Assembly (NCBI GenBank): GCA_942492855.1
Contig: OW818647.1
Coordinates: 878,528 to 942,527, forward strand
Direction: 5' to 3'
DNA: 64,000 nucleotides
Source of the DNA: Armatimonadota bacterium
GTDB taxonomy: Bacteria; Armatimonadota; HRBIN16
Positions 10,926 to 20,656 of the stretch are shown in pieces. Position 1 is the stretch's first letter, and the number at the start of each line of letters is the position of its first letter. A program made the translations under genes and the position numbers. Under the pieces are notes generated by a model, which was given only the letters and a program-made list of their open reading frames with translations, was not told the DNA's origin and did no database searches.

Positions 10926-13214
10926 CTACTTAGCGGGTTGGATCGTGAACCGGTCGATTCGGATGGCTTTGATGTTCGGGTTCACTATCGGTGCCACAAA
11001 CAGGTACATACCGGGCGTGAGGTCGATCCCCTTATACATCATCTGCTGATAGCCGGGTTTGAGGTCTGCCATAGTTAGCACGCTGGAAGTCGTCCTCTCG
11101 GTGATCTTGTTACGTATGCCAAACTGCAGCACGCCATCGGTCGGCTGACCGGTTTTCCCTTCGACGGGTATCACCTTCACCTCCAGGCTGACATCCACTT
11201 TCGGCCACTTCACCTCACCCTCGTAGATGTGGTGCTGCACGGCCCACTCGGTATGGCTGCACGGCATCTCAGCGGCGTGGCCGTTGCTAGCCTCCAGGTC
11301 CTTCACTACCGTGACCCAGTTGCCCTCTTCCGGCAGGTAGAAATCTCCTTCCTGAATGTCCAGCCAGTCCACACCCTGAACCCCACTTACACCCATCGCA
11401 GAATCCGCTTTGGGATAGGTGGGACGCTGTGCGATTTTCGCCTTAAGCTGTGCCCGGTAGCCCTCATCCCACTTCACGCCTTCTCTGGGCCAGTTGTTAC
11501 CGGTCTGATTGCTGAAGTCCACGAAGTGGTCCACTATGGTCTCCCAGTTGACGCCAGGCACTTCCTTTCGTTCCGATGCGAAGACACGCTTCGTGCTGAT
11601 CAGCACAGGATCGAGGGAAAGCCGCTGTATCTGCACGCGCTTCAGAAGAGTGGGGTTATTCTTCACGGCCGTTTCGGCTTGATCATACAGCTTCTTGATT
11701 TTCGACAGCTCCTCATAACTAAAGTAGTCCGCATTGCCGATGTAGCACGAAAGCCGCACACCAGAGCGTTTGCGGGCCGCTTCCATCGCCAGCACTGCTT
11801 CGAGCAGAGGTTTGCCCGCTGGCCCATAATAACCGTCCATGAACTCCTTCATGATGGGCAGTTCAGGCTGATAGGGGTTCCACATCAGCTTGGACAGCAG
11901 GTATATCTTCAATGGGTACATGGTGGAATCTACGTTGAAGCTGTCGCCCTGTTCAAACATGCCGATCACGTTGTTTTCCACAAAACTGCGCAGGTCAGGT
12001 CCCAGAATACTGAAGTTCGGGTGTGGTATCAAGTAACTGGCGAAGTCGACCACGTAGTTCCACACGTACAGCCGCTTGGTAATCTTCTTCCAGTCGGTCA
12101 AATCTTTGTAGAACGCCTCGTTCTCTTTGGCTGTGATGGGCTTACCGAAGTCATTCTCGATGCTGCACAGACGCACAATCACGTTGTTCCGCGGTTTGAT
12201 GTTGGCAGGTGCATGGCGGGTATATTGGTATGCCAGCGTCTCCACCAGGAAGTCCGGGTACTGCTTCTCAATCTCCGCGGCCACGTCGTTGACGAAGCTA
12301 ATCAGCGCACCCGATTCGGAGCCGGTCTGCTTTACCAGCTCCTGGCACTTGTCACACTGGCAGGGGCTCATGTTGTCATTCTGTGAGATAGAGATCATGC
12401 CAGCATCGGGGTTTTTGCGGATCGTCTCCAATGCGGCATTGGTCAGCTCCCGCTTCATCTCCTCGTTGGTCAAACACAGTTGTGTATAACCGCCGTCACG
12501 CTTCCCGTTGATCAGCGAATACCACTCGGGGTGCTGGGGGTAGTATTTGGCCACCGGCAGCAGGTGCTCAAAAGTGTGCACAAATCCCAGCAGGTCATAA
12601 TGCCCGCCCATTTCGGACGGGATCTGTTGGTGGTGCCCATTCATGCGCATATGCACAGGGAAAAGCGCATCTTTCTGCATCACGTTGTGGAAGTAGGCCT
12701 CACGATACATCAGCTTGGGGGTATATACCACATTCATGGATGGGATCGTGATGGTCTTCGCCTTGGGGATACGCTGCGCATCCGGTGCGAACCAGCGCAC
12801 ACCCAGTTTCGTCTCCAGCAGCTCCTGAACCGCGTAGATACTGCCCCTGGGCCGATCGCCCGACAGTATCAGATCGCGGCCAGTCGTGCGGATCAAGATG
12901 CCATCGCGGCGGAGCTGCTCCCAGTTGAAGCCCTTCATGAGGCGCTTGACCACGGCAGTCTGACCCACGAGAATCCGCGTGCCCGTGGAAGGCGCGGAGT
13001 CGGTGATCTTCAGTCTGGCCCCGCTGATCTGCTGGATCGTGTCCGCAAGCTGCTTCGCGGCGAAACGCTCCGGCGCGGTGGCGTCCGCTCCCAGCACGAT
13101 GGTGGCGGTCGGTTTACCCGACTTCACCAGGGCCAACGGGGTGGCGGCCTTGGCCGGCAGGCTGGCCAACACCAGCAGTGGCAGTATCAGCGGGATCAGC
13201 AAACAGGGGTTCAT
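10926..13214 (-). CDS. secreted DUF4838-like putative glycoside hydrolase (GH20b/GH67N-type N-terminal domain), tandem paralog 1
   Basis: Start at ATG 13212-13214 (MNPCLLIPLILPLLVLASLPAKA signal peptide) preceded by AGGAG; the longer ORF begins at a GTG. Conserved blocks shared with the two downstream paralogs (DRPRGSIYAVQELLETKLGVRWF, PDFLVETLAYQYTR, RLCSIENDFGKPITA). Confidence 0.7.
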   Translation of the reverse strand: MNPCLLIPLILPLLVLASLPAKAATPLALVKSGKPTATIVLGADATAPERFAAKQLADTIQQISGARLKITDSAPSTGTRILVGQTAVVKRLMKGFNWEQLRRDGILIRTTGRDLILSGDRPRGSIYAVQELLETKLGVRWFAPDAQRIPKAKTITIPSMNVVYTPKLMYREAYFHNVMQKDALFPVHMRMNGHHQQIPSEMGGHYDLLGFVHTFEHLLPVAKYYPQHPEWYSLINGKRDGGYTQLCLTNEEMKRELTNAALETIRKNPDAGMISISQNDNMSPCQCDKCQELVKQTGSESGALISFVNDVAAEIEKQYPDFLVETLAYQYTRHAPANIKPRNNVIVRLCSIENDFGKPITAKENEAFYKDLTDWKKITKRLYVWNYVVDFASYLIPHPNFSILGPDLRSFVENNVIGMFEQGDSFNVDSTMYPLKIYLLSKLMWNPYQPELPIMKEFMDGYYGPAGKPLLEAVLAMEAARKRSGVRLSCYIGNADYFSYEELSKIKKLYDQAETAVKNNPTLLKRVQIQRLSLDPVLISTKRVFASERKEVPGVNWETIVDHFVDFSNQTGNNWPREGVKWDEGYRAQLKAKIAQRPTYPKADSAMGVSGVQGVDWLDIQEGDFYLPEEGNWVTVVKDLEASNGHAAEMPCSHTEWAVQHHIYEGEVKWPKVDVSLEVKVIPVEGKTGQPTDGVLQFGIRNKITERTTSSVLTMADLKPGYQQMMYKGIDLTPGMYLFVAPIVNPNIKAIRIDRFTIQPAK

Positions 13215-13292
13215 GAAGATATCTCCTTGATTCACAAGTAAACCTAGACGGATCAGCCCGATCGGGCCGATCCGTCTTGATTACTGACTGAT

Positions 13293-15587
13293 CTATTTCG
13301 AAGGCTGCGCTGCGAAGCGGTCAACGCGCACCGCTTTGATGCCGGGGTTGACCACAGGGGCGGCGTACATATACATCCCCACCTTCGGCGCGATGCCCTT
13401 CAGCACCACATTCTGGTAGCCCGGCTTGATGTCGGCCACTGTCACGATCTTTTCGACAGTCTCCTTGGTGATGGTGTTGTATACGCCAAAGCTCAACACG
13501 CCGTCCTGAGGGTTCAGTTTTGCCCCTTCGACCGGGATCACCATGAACTCCAGGCTGATATCGGCATGAGGCCAGCGCAGGTCTGACTCTTTGCCGAAAT
13601 ACTGAATAGCCCACTGGTTGTGTGTGTTCGGCATCTCCAACGCACAGCCATCGCTGGCGCCTTCGTCGGACACGACGCTCACCCACTTGCCCTCTTCCAC
13701 AAGGTTGACCACATCCTCCTGGATATCCATCCAGTCTTTACCCTCAACGCCGGTGACGCCCATGGCACGGGCCGGCTTCTTGATCGTCGGCAGCTTCTTC
13801 GTGCGGGATTTTAACAGTGCGCGATATCCTTCGTCCCACATCCGGCCCTCATGAATCCAGTTGTTCCCCGTGGTATTGCTGAGATCGACGAAACGGTCAA
13901 CCAGCTTCGGCCAGTCTATCCCTGGCAGCTCCTGCTTGTCCCGAGCGAATGAGCGCATGGTCAACAAACACAGATGGTCAAACGCCAGCCTCTGTACCTG
14001 CACACGCTCAAGCATGACTGCATCATTGGCGACGGCAGCCTCGGCTTGATCATAGTAGCCCTTCAAGGCGACCAAGTCCTTCATGGTATAGATGTCACTT
14101 GGTGCGGGCATGAAGCAAGTGAGCCGTTTCTCGGGTGACCGTTGGACAATGGCCTCAAAGCTCTTCAGTGCCTTCAGCAGAGGCTTACCAGCCGAACCGT
14201 AGTAGGCCTCCATAAATTCCTGAATAATCGGCTGCTCCGGCTGATTGGGGTTCCACATCAGCTTGGCCATCAGATAGGTCTTCAGGGGCTGCATGGAGGC
14301 GGCTACGTTGAAACTGTCGCCCTGCTCGAACATACCCACGACGTTGTTCTCCGTATAGGTACGGAGGTCGGCTCCCAGGTTGGTGATGTTGGGGTGTGGT
14401 ATGAGGTAGTTCGAGAAGTTGACCACATAATTCCACACATACAGCCGTTTGGATATCTTGCGCCAGTCCGTCAGGTCCTTGTAGAAGTCGGCGTTTTGAG
14501 CGGCCGTGATGGGTCGGCCAAAGTCGTTCTCGATGCTGCACAGACGAACAATCACGTTGTCATGCGGCTTGATGTTGGTGGGGGCTTTACGGGTGTACTG
14601 GTAGGCCAGCGTCTCCACGAGGAAGTCAGGATACTGCTTCTCAATCTCAGCGGCGACGTCATTGACAAAGCTAACTAGTGCTCCCGATTCGCTGCCAGTC
14701 TGCTTGACCAGCCGGGTGCAGTTGTCGCACTGGCAGGGGTTGAAGCTGTCGTTCTGAGAGATAGAGATGATACCGGCTTCCGGCTGCTGTTGTATCCAGC
14801 CCAACGCATTCTTGATCAACTCTCGCTTCATATCCGGGTTGGTCAGGCACAACTGCGAATCTACGTTCACCCGCTTGCCCTTGTTGAGTGCATACCACTC
14901 CGGGTGGGCTGCAAAGTATTTCTCCGTGGGAAGCAGACGGTAAAATGTGTGTACGAAGCCCAGCAGCGTATAGTGGCCGCCCATCTCAGGTTCGATCTGC
15001 TGATGCTGCCCGTTCATCCGCATATGCACTGGGAACAGTCCATCTTTGCCCTGCACACTTCGGTAATAGGCCTCACGATACATCAGCTTGGGGGTGTAAC
15101 AGACATTCATATCAGGCAGCGAGATGGTGCTTTTTGGGGGGATACGTGTGGTGTCTTCGGCGAACCAGCGCACACCCATTTTTGTCTCCAAGAGCTCCTG
15201 CACCGCGTAGATGCTGCCGCGCGGACGGTCACCTGCCAGCACGAGGTCTTTCCCCACCGTACGGATGAGGATGCCATCGCGGCGGAGCAGCTCCCAGTCG
15301 AACCCCTTCACCAACCGCTTGACGGAAGCCGTCTGGCCTACATATATCTTGGCACCTGTCACAGATGCCGTGTCAGTCACGGTCAGGCGCGCTCCGCTGA
15401 TCTGCTCGATGGTGTCCGCAAGCTGTTTCGCGGCGAAACGCTCCGGCGCGGTGGCATCGGCTCCCAGCACGATGGTGGCCATGGGCTTCCCAGCCTTGGT
15501 GATGGTCATCGGTTGGGCTGCTCTGGCAGACACACTGGCAATCACCAGAAGTGGAAGTATCAGCGGTATTAGTAAAACGGCGTTCAT
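13293..15587 (-). CDS. secreted DUF4838-like putative glycoside hydrolase, tandem paralog 2
   Basis: 764 aa. Signal peptide MNAVLLIPLILPLLVIASVSARA. GAGGAG RBS. Same conserved blocks as paralogs 1 and 3. Confidence 0.7.
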   Translation of the reverse strand: MNAVLLIPLILPLLVIASVSARAAQPMTITKAGKPMATIVLGADATAPERFAAKQLADTIEQISGARLTVTDTASVTGAKIYVGQTASVKRLVKGFDWELLRRDGILIRTVGKDLVLAGDRPRGSIYAVQELLETKMGVRWFAEDTTRIPPKSTISLPDMNVCYTPKLMYREAYYRSVQGKDGLFPVHMRMNGQHQQIEPEMGGHYTLLGFVHTFYRLLPTEKYFAAHPEWYALNKGKRVNVDSQLCLTNPDMKRELIKNALGWIQQQPEAGIISISQNDSFNPCQCDNCTRLVKQTGSESGALVSFVNDVAAEIEKQYPDFLVETLAYQYTRKAPTNIKPHDNVIVRLCSIENDFGRPITAAQNADFYKDLTDWRKISKRLYVWNYVVNFSNYLIPHPNITNLGADLRTYTENNVVGMFEQGDSFNVAASMQPLKTYLMAKLMWNPNQPEQPIIQEFMEAYYGSAGKPLLKALKSFEAIVQRSPEKRLTCFMPAPSDIYTMKDLVALKGYYDQAEAAVANDAVMLERVQVQRLAFDHLCLLTMRSFARDKQELPGIDWPKLVDRFVDLSNTTGNNWIHEGRMWDEGYRALLKSRTKKLPTIKKPARAMGVTGVEGKDWMDIQEDVVNLVEEGKWVSVVSDEGASDGCALEMPNTHNQWAIQYFGKESDLRWPHADISLEFMVIPVEGAKLNPQDGVLSFGVYNTITKETVEKIVTVADIKPGYQNVVLKGIAPKVGMYMYAAPVVNPGIKAVRVDRFAAQPSK

Positions 15588-15684
15588 ACTAGATTACTCC
15601 TCAGATATAAGCATTGGTAGAAGACGGATGGGACGAATCCGGCATATATACCCGATGCGCCCTGTCCGCCCATTTCTGTTTTAG

Positions 15685-17964
15685 TTACTTCGTCGGCTGC
15701 ACAGTGAAGCGGTCGATGCGAATCGCCTTCACCGCGGCGTTGACCTCCGGTGCGGTGTATATATACACCTTCGAACCAAGCCGCACACCTGAGATTACCA
15801 GATGCTGATACCCAGGCTTCACATCGGCCAACCGCAAGATGACATTGTTATCACTGCCGCCGTTGGGATCATACACACCCAGCCTGAGCACCCCGCTCTG
15901 CGGGTCGCCCTGAACGCCATCCGCCAGGATCACGCGGTATTCCAGCGACACATCGCACTTAGGCCACTTCACATCACCCTGTTCAAATGAATGCTGAACG
16001 GCCCACTGGGTATGGGTGTTGGGCATCTGAACCGCGGCACCGTTACTGGCCAAGGCGTCATCCACCACCGAAACCCAGTCGCCCTCGTTGAAGAGTTCGA
16101 ATTTGTCTTCCTGGTAGTCATACCAGTCCACCCCCTGCTTGCCGTTCACACCCATCGCCGTCTCGGCCTTGCGGAAGTTGTAGACAGGCGGCGGCACGAT
16201 GTTGCGCAGCAGCACATTGCGGAACTCGGCATTCCACCGGCCGCCCTCCCGCACCCAGTCATTACCGGTTTTGTTGCTCAGGTCGATGAAGTGGTTAACC
16301 GTCTTTTCCCAGTCCACACCCTTTACCTCGTTCTGTTTGCGATGCATCGGCCGCTTGGTGATGATCAGCAGATGGTCGATGGCCAGCCGCTGAATCTGCA
16401 CGCGCTTCAGCAGGGTCGGGTTGTTCTTTACGGCGGCTTCCGCCTGGTCGAAGTTGCTCTTCAAACTGCGCAGATCATCGATGCTGTAGTAATCCGGCGA
16501 GGTCATGTAGCAGGTCAGCCGGCCCTTGCTGCGCTGTACCGCGGCTTCCATGGTCATCACAGCCTTCAGCATCGGTTTGCCCGCTGCTCCGTAGTAACCA
16601 TCAAGGAATTCTTTGATGATCGGCATCTCGGCCTGGTTGGGATTCCACATCAGCTTGGAGAGCAGGTAAGTCTTCAACGGGGCCATAGCGGCGGTCGCGT
16701 TGTAGTTGTCACCCTGTTCAAATATGCCCACCACGTTGTTCTCGGTGAAGGTGCGAAGGTCTGCCCCCAGCGGGGTGATGTTGGGGTGCGGAATGGTGAA
16801 ACTGGCGAAGTTCACCACGTAGTTCCATATGTACAGCCGTTTGGCCAGCTTCTGCCAGTCCTTCAGGTCCTTATAGAAGCTGGCATTTGATGCAGCTGTG
16901 ATTGGGCGGCCAAAGTCGTTCTCGATGCTGCACAGCCGCACGATCACGTTGTCTCGCGGTTTAATGTTCTTCGGTGCGCTGCGAGTATACTGGTAAGCCA
17001 GCGTCTCCACCAGGAAATCGGGGTATTGCTTCTCAATCGCCTCAGCCACATCGTTGACCATGCTGATCAGAGCACCCGACTGCGAGCCGGTCTGCTTTAC
17101 TAACGCTTCGCACTTGTCGCACTGGCAGGGACCGATCCAGTCGTTCTGAGTGATAGAGATGATACCCGCTTCGGGGTTCTTCTTGATCCACCCCAGCGCA
17201 TTCTTAATCAACTCGGCTTTCATCTCTTCGTTGGTCTGGCACAACTGACTACCCACAGCACTGCGGACTCCGTTTAACATACCATACCATTCCGGGTGCT
17301 TGTTGAAGTAATCCTTCGGTGGCAGTAACTCATACGCGGTGTGGCACCAGCCCAGCAGCGAGTAGTGGCCGCCCATCTGCTCCGAGATCGTCTGATGGTG
17401 GCCGTTCGCTCTGATATGCACCGCGAATGACCCGTTCTTTGTCGCTTGAGTGAAGAACGGCTCGCGGTACATTAGCTTAGGTGTGTAGCTTTTGTTGAGT
17501 GCTGGCAGAGTGATAGTGCTCTTTTTGATGATGCGCGTGGCATCGGGTGCCCAGTAGCGCACACCAAGCTGAGTTTCCAGCAGCTCCTGCACCGCGTAGA
17601 TGCTGCCGCGAGGCCGGTCACCGGCTAAAACCAGGTCATTGCCTACGGTGCGCAGCAGGATGCCATCCCGACGTAGCTTCTGCCAGTCGAAGTTCTTGAC
17701 CAGTTTGTGCGCATAAGCGGTCTGCCCCACAAAAATGCGGGTGCCGCTTCTGGGAGCCTTATCTGTCACAGGCAGCTTTGCTCCGCTGATCTGCTGTATC
17801 GTCTTCGCCAGCTCCGCGGCGGCATACCGCTCCGGTGCAGTGGCATCTTGCCCCAGCACAATGACGGCTGTGGGCTTGCCGGACTGGACTATGCTCATTT
17901 GCGGTGCGGCTTGAGCCTGCATCCCGGCAATACATAACATGGGAACGAGATGGAATACTTTCAT
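15685..17964 (-). CDS. secreted DUF4838-like putative glycoside hydrolase, tandem paralog 3
   Basis: 759 aa. Signal peptide MKVFHLVPMLCIAGMQAQA. AGGAG RBS. Same conserved blocks as paralogs 1 and 2. Confidence 0.7.
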   Translation of the reverse strand: MKVFHLVPMLCIAGMQAQAAPQMSIVQSGKPTAVIVLGQDATAPERYAAAELAKTIQQISGAKLPVTDKAPRSGTRIFVGQTAYAHKLVKNFDWQKLRRDGILLRTVGNDLVLAGDRPRGSIYAVQELLETQLGVRYWAPDATRIIKKSTITLPALNKSYTPKLMYREPFFTQATKNGSFAVHIRANGHHQTISEQMGGHYSLLGWCHTAYELLPPKDYFNKHPEWYGMLNGVRSAVGSQLCQTNEEMKAELIKNALGWIKKNPEAGIISITQNDWIGPCQCDKCEALVKQTGSQSGALISMVNDVAEAIEKQYPDFLVETLAYQYTRSAPKNIKPRDNVIVRLCSIENDFGRPITAASNASFYKDLKDWQKLAKRLYIWNYVVNFASFTIPHPNITPLGADLRTFTENNVVGIFEQGDNYNATAAMAPLKTYLLSKLMWNPNQAEMPIIKEFLDGYYGAAGKPMLKAVMTMEAAVQRSKGRLTCYMTSPDYYSIDDLRSLKSNFDQAEAAVKNNPTLLKRVQIQRLAIDHLLIITKRPMHRKQNEVKGVDWEKTVNHFIDLSNKTGNDWVREGGRWNAEFRNVLLRNIVPPPVYNFRKAETAMGVNGKQGVDWYDYQEDKFELFNEGDWVSVVDDALASNGAAVQMPNTHTQWAVQHSFEQGDVKWPKCDVSLEYRVILADGVQGDPQSGVLRLGVYDPNGGSDNNVILRLADVKPGYQHLVISGVRLGSKVYIYTAPEVNAAVKAIRIDRFTVQPTK

Positions 17965-18235
17965 TGATCTACTCCTGTGCGCGCAGTCGGGCTATATTAA
18001 GTTAATGATGCCATCCATCGGCAAATATTACAATGATACTATTGCGATAACATATCTGACACGGCAACCAGTCATAACCCGCCACCCAATCGGCATCGAC
18101 ATAATGCGACAACCACCGAAGCTCCACTATTGTCCCCGTAAAAATACTTAAGGAGTTGTCAGTTAGGCCGGGGATGGTGTAAACTACTATTTGCGTATAT
18201 CGTCTTAGTGCTACCACAGCAGGAGCGATCCCAAG

Positions 18236-18637
18236 ATGTTTCCGTTTTCAGGCTTAGGAACCCCCGAGATTATCAGCCTCATGATATTGGCGTTGGTGAT
18301 ATTTGGCCCCAAAAAACTGCCCGAAGTAGGGCGGTCTGTGGGTAAAGCGATTCGAGAGTTCCGCAAAAACTCTCAGGATATCGCGGAGTCCTTCAAATTG
18401 GATGTGGATTTAGAGTCGACAACCAACAGCCAAAACGAATATGTCTCACAATACGGCAGTTATTACGGCACAAGCGGGGACACATCCGAATCTGGCGGCG
18501 GTGATTTCGCACAGCCAGCCAGCACGGAGCCAGAGACCGAAACAGTGTCCGATCCAGCACCCGATCGAACGAATACCTATCGAGCGATCGCCCGCGGGCG
18601 AACCTCGAAAGGCAGCTCATCTCGGAGGAGAGTATAA
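18236..18637 (+). CDS. tatA: twin-arginine translocase subunit TatA/E (with extended acidic C-terminal tail)
   Basis: N-terminus MFPFSGLGTPEIISLMILALVIFGPKKLPEVGRSVGKAIREFRK matches the TatA transmembrane and amphipathic helix signature. AGGAG RBS. Confidence 0.8.
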   Translation: MFPFSGLGTPEIISLMILALVIFGPKKLPEVGRSVGKAIREFRKNSQDIAESFKLDVDLESTTNSQNEYVSQYGSYYGTSGDTSESGGGDFAQPASTEPETETVSDPAPDRTNTYRAIARGRTSKGSSSRRRV

Positions 18638-18868
18638 ATGTTTCTTAATGCACTTATTGGGCTACAGGTCATCACCGCCGTCTTCTTGATAGTGGTGGTC
18701 GCAATGCAGACATCAAAGAATGAAGGCCTGGGCGGAGCGATCAGCGGCCAAACCAGCAGCTCATTCCGCGGGAAACTCGGCCGTGATGAACAGTTGGGCA
18801 TGGTCACCAAGTATGTGGCCGTCAGCTTTTTCGTTCTCAGCATCATCGTAGCTGTGATCGCCAAGTAG
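18638..18868 (+). CDS. secG: preprotein translocase subunit SecG
   Basis: 76-aa two-helix membrane protein with the glycine-rich NEGLGGAISGQTSSSF loop. Start abuts the tatA stop, with GGAGGAG RBS. Confidence 0.75.
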   Translation: MFLNALIGLQVITAVFLIVVVAMQTSKNEGLGGAISGQTSSSFRGKLGRDEQLGMVTKYVAVSFFVLSIIVAVIAK

Positions 18869-18902
18869 TTTTCAGACACCGTATTGTGTTCATTCTTGTA
18901 AG

Positions 18903-18987
18903 TCGTAGGGGCGTCCCTTGTGGGCGCCCTAAACAATTACTATCGATTGAACAACGCTTAGGGCGCCCACAAGGGACGCCCCTACGA
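18903..18987. repeat. perfect 28-bp inverted repeat (hairpin element) inserted at the secG 3' end
   Basis: Arms gtaggggcgtcccttgtgggcgccctaa (18905-18932) and ttagggcgcccacaagggacgcccctac (18958-18985) with a 25-nt loop. Flanked by diverged direct copies of the secG 3' end (18843-18896 and ~18995-19053). Confidence 0.85.
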
Positions 18988-19209
18988 CAGTATCTCAGCA
19001 CCATTGTGGCTGTGATTGCCAAGTGGTTTTCCGACTCCGTATTGTGTTCATTCACACCACCTGAAGTACATTTCGGGTGGTTTTCGTCATTAGTGCCTGC
19101 AACTCGTGCATCGGCCTAAACATCATAGTACAATCTCAGATAGAGCAGACATGCTAATTACCGTCGGTCAACGACGCGCGTTCCTATACAGATGGAGGAA
19201 TTCACAATT

Positions 19210-20475
19210 ATGAAACCGAGCTCGGAAACAATCCGGCGCAACTACGAAGTGGCCAAAGAGGCCTACGCTGGTTTAGGTGTAGACACCGAAAAGGCCATGG
19301 CGATCCTTGATGAGCTTCAAGTATCACTTCACTGCTGGCAGGGCGACGATGTCGGCGGATTTGAAAACCCTGAGGGCAGCCTCTCCGGCGGTATTCAAGC
19401 CACAGGCAACTACCCAGGTAAAGCGTCCACTCCCGCTGAGTTACGCGCAGACATCGAAAAAGTGATGAGCCTGCTTCCCGGCAAGCAGCGACTGAACATC
19501 CACGCTCTTTACATTGACTACCCCGAAAAGGTAGAGCGCGATGTGATGAAACCCGAGCATTTCCAGAGCTGGATCGACTGGGCAAAGAAGAACGGCATCG
19601 GGCTGGACTTTAACAGCTCCTTCTTCAGCCATCCGAAATCTGAAGACGGCTACACTCTGTCCAGTGCAGATGACGAGACCCGCGAATTCTGGGTCAAGCA
19701 CCTCATCGCAAGCCGCCAGATCGCTGCCGAAATCGGCAAGCAGCTCGGTTCGCCCTGCTGCCACAACATCTGGATTCCAGATGGCGAAAAAGATCAGCCA
19801 GCAGACCGATGGTCACCCCGTGCCCGCCTGATGGACAGTCTCGACAAAGCCATGGCTGTTGAAGTAGACAAGAACCACTGCAAAGACTTCGTGGAAAGCA
19901 AGCTGTTCGGTATCGGTGCAGAAAGCTACACCGTGGGCTCACAGGAGTTCTACCTGGCATACGCCATGAGCCGCGGCGTCGGTCTGACCATGGATATGGG
20001 CCACTATCACCCCACCGAGGTTGTGTCCGAGAAAATCTCTGCAGTGCTGACCTACATGGATGAAGTGCTGCTTCACGTCAGCCGCGGCGTGCGCTGGGAC
20101 AGCGACCATGTGGTCACCCTGAGTGATGAGCTTCTCGCTCTGTGCCAGGAAGTGGTGCGTGGGGATGCTATGAAGCGCGTCCACTTCGGTCTGGACTTCT
20201 TCGATGCCAGCATCAACCGCATCGCCGCTTGGGTCATCGGCACCCGCGCCATGCAGAAGGCTATGCTGATCGCTCTACTTGAACCCAGTGACTGCCTGAA
20301 GAAGATGGAAGCCGCTGGCGACAAGGCTGGCCGTTTGGCCCTGATGGAAGACCTGAAGAACATGCCCTGGGGCCTGGTTTGGGACTTCTACTGCGACCAG
20401 AACGGTGTTCCCGCAGGCAACGCATGGATGGATGATGTGCGTGCTTACGAGAAGAGCGTGCTAATTAACCGCTAA
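19210..20475 (+). CDS. rhaA: L-rhamnose isomerase
   Basis: Strong colinear similarity to E. coli RhaA as recalled (HCWQGDDVGGFENPEGSLSGGIQATGNYPGKA, ESKLFGIGAESYTVGS, LLHVSRGVRWDSDHVV, FGLDFFDASINRIAAWVIGTRAM). Start at ATG 19210, 10 nt after GGAGG. Confidence 0.9.
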   Translation: MKPSSETIRRNYEVAKEAYAGLGVDTEKAMAILDELQVSLHCWQGDDVGGFENPEGSLSGGIQATGNYPGKASTPAELRADIEKVMSLLPGKQRLNIHALYIDYPEKVERDVMKPEHFQSWIDWAKKNGIGLDFNSSFFSHPKSEDGYTLSSADDETREFWVKHLIASRQIAAEIGKQLGSPCCHNIWIPDGEKDQPADRWSPRARLMDSLDKAMAVEVDKNHCKDFVESKLFGIGAESYTVGSQEFYLAYAMSRGVGLTMDMGHYHPTEVVSEKISAVLTYMDEVLLHVSRGVRWDSDHVVTLSDELLALCQEVVRGDAMKRVHFGLDFFDASINRIAAWVIGTRAMQKAMLIALLEPSDCLKKMEAAGDKAGRLALMEDLKNMPWGLVWDFYCDQNGVPAGNAWMDDVRAYEKSVLINR

Positions 20476-20497
20476 TCAACGTAATATGTATCCTTTA

Positions 20498-20534
20498 CAG
20501 ACCGGCAATACTGCCGGTCTGTGCCTCTTTTTAT
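20498..20534 (+). terminator. intrinsic (Rho-independent) terminator downstream of rhaA
   Basis: 10-bp stem cagaccggca/tgccggtctg with loop atac, followed by tgcctctttttat. Confidence 0.6.
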
Positions 20535-20656
20535 GGACTTCCCGGCTCGTCTTTCGCATATCGCCCTTTGTTAGGGTATGATTCAATTGTATAGAAGTGT
20601 ACTTAGGTTTTATGAATATCCCACTACACGGTAAGCCAGGATAGAAAGAACAATCC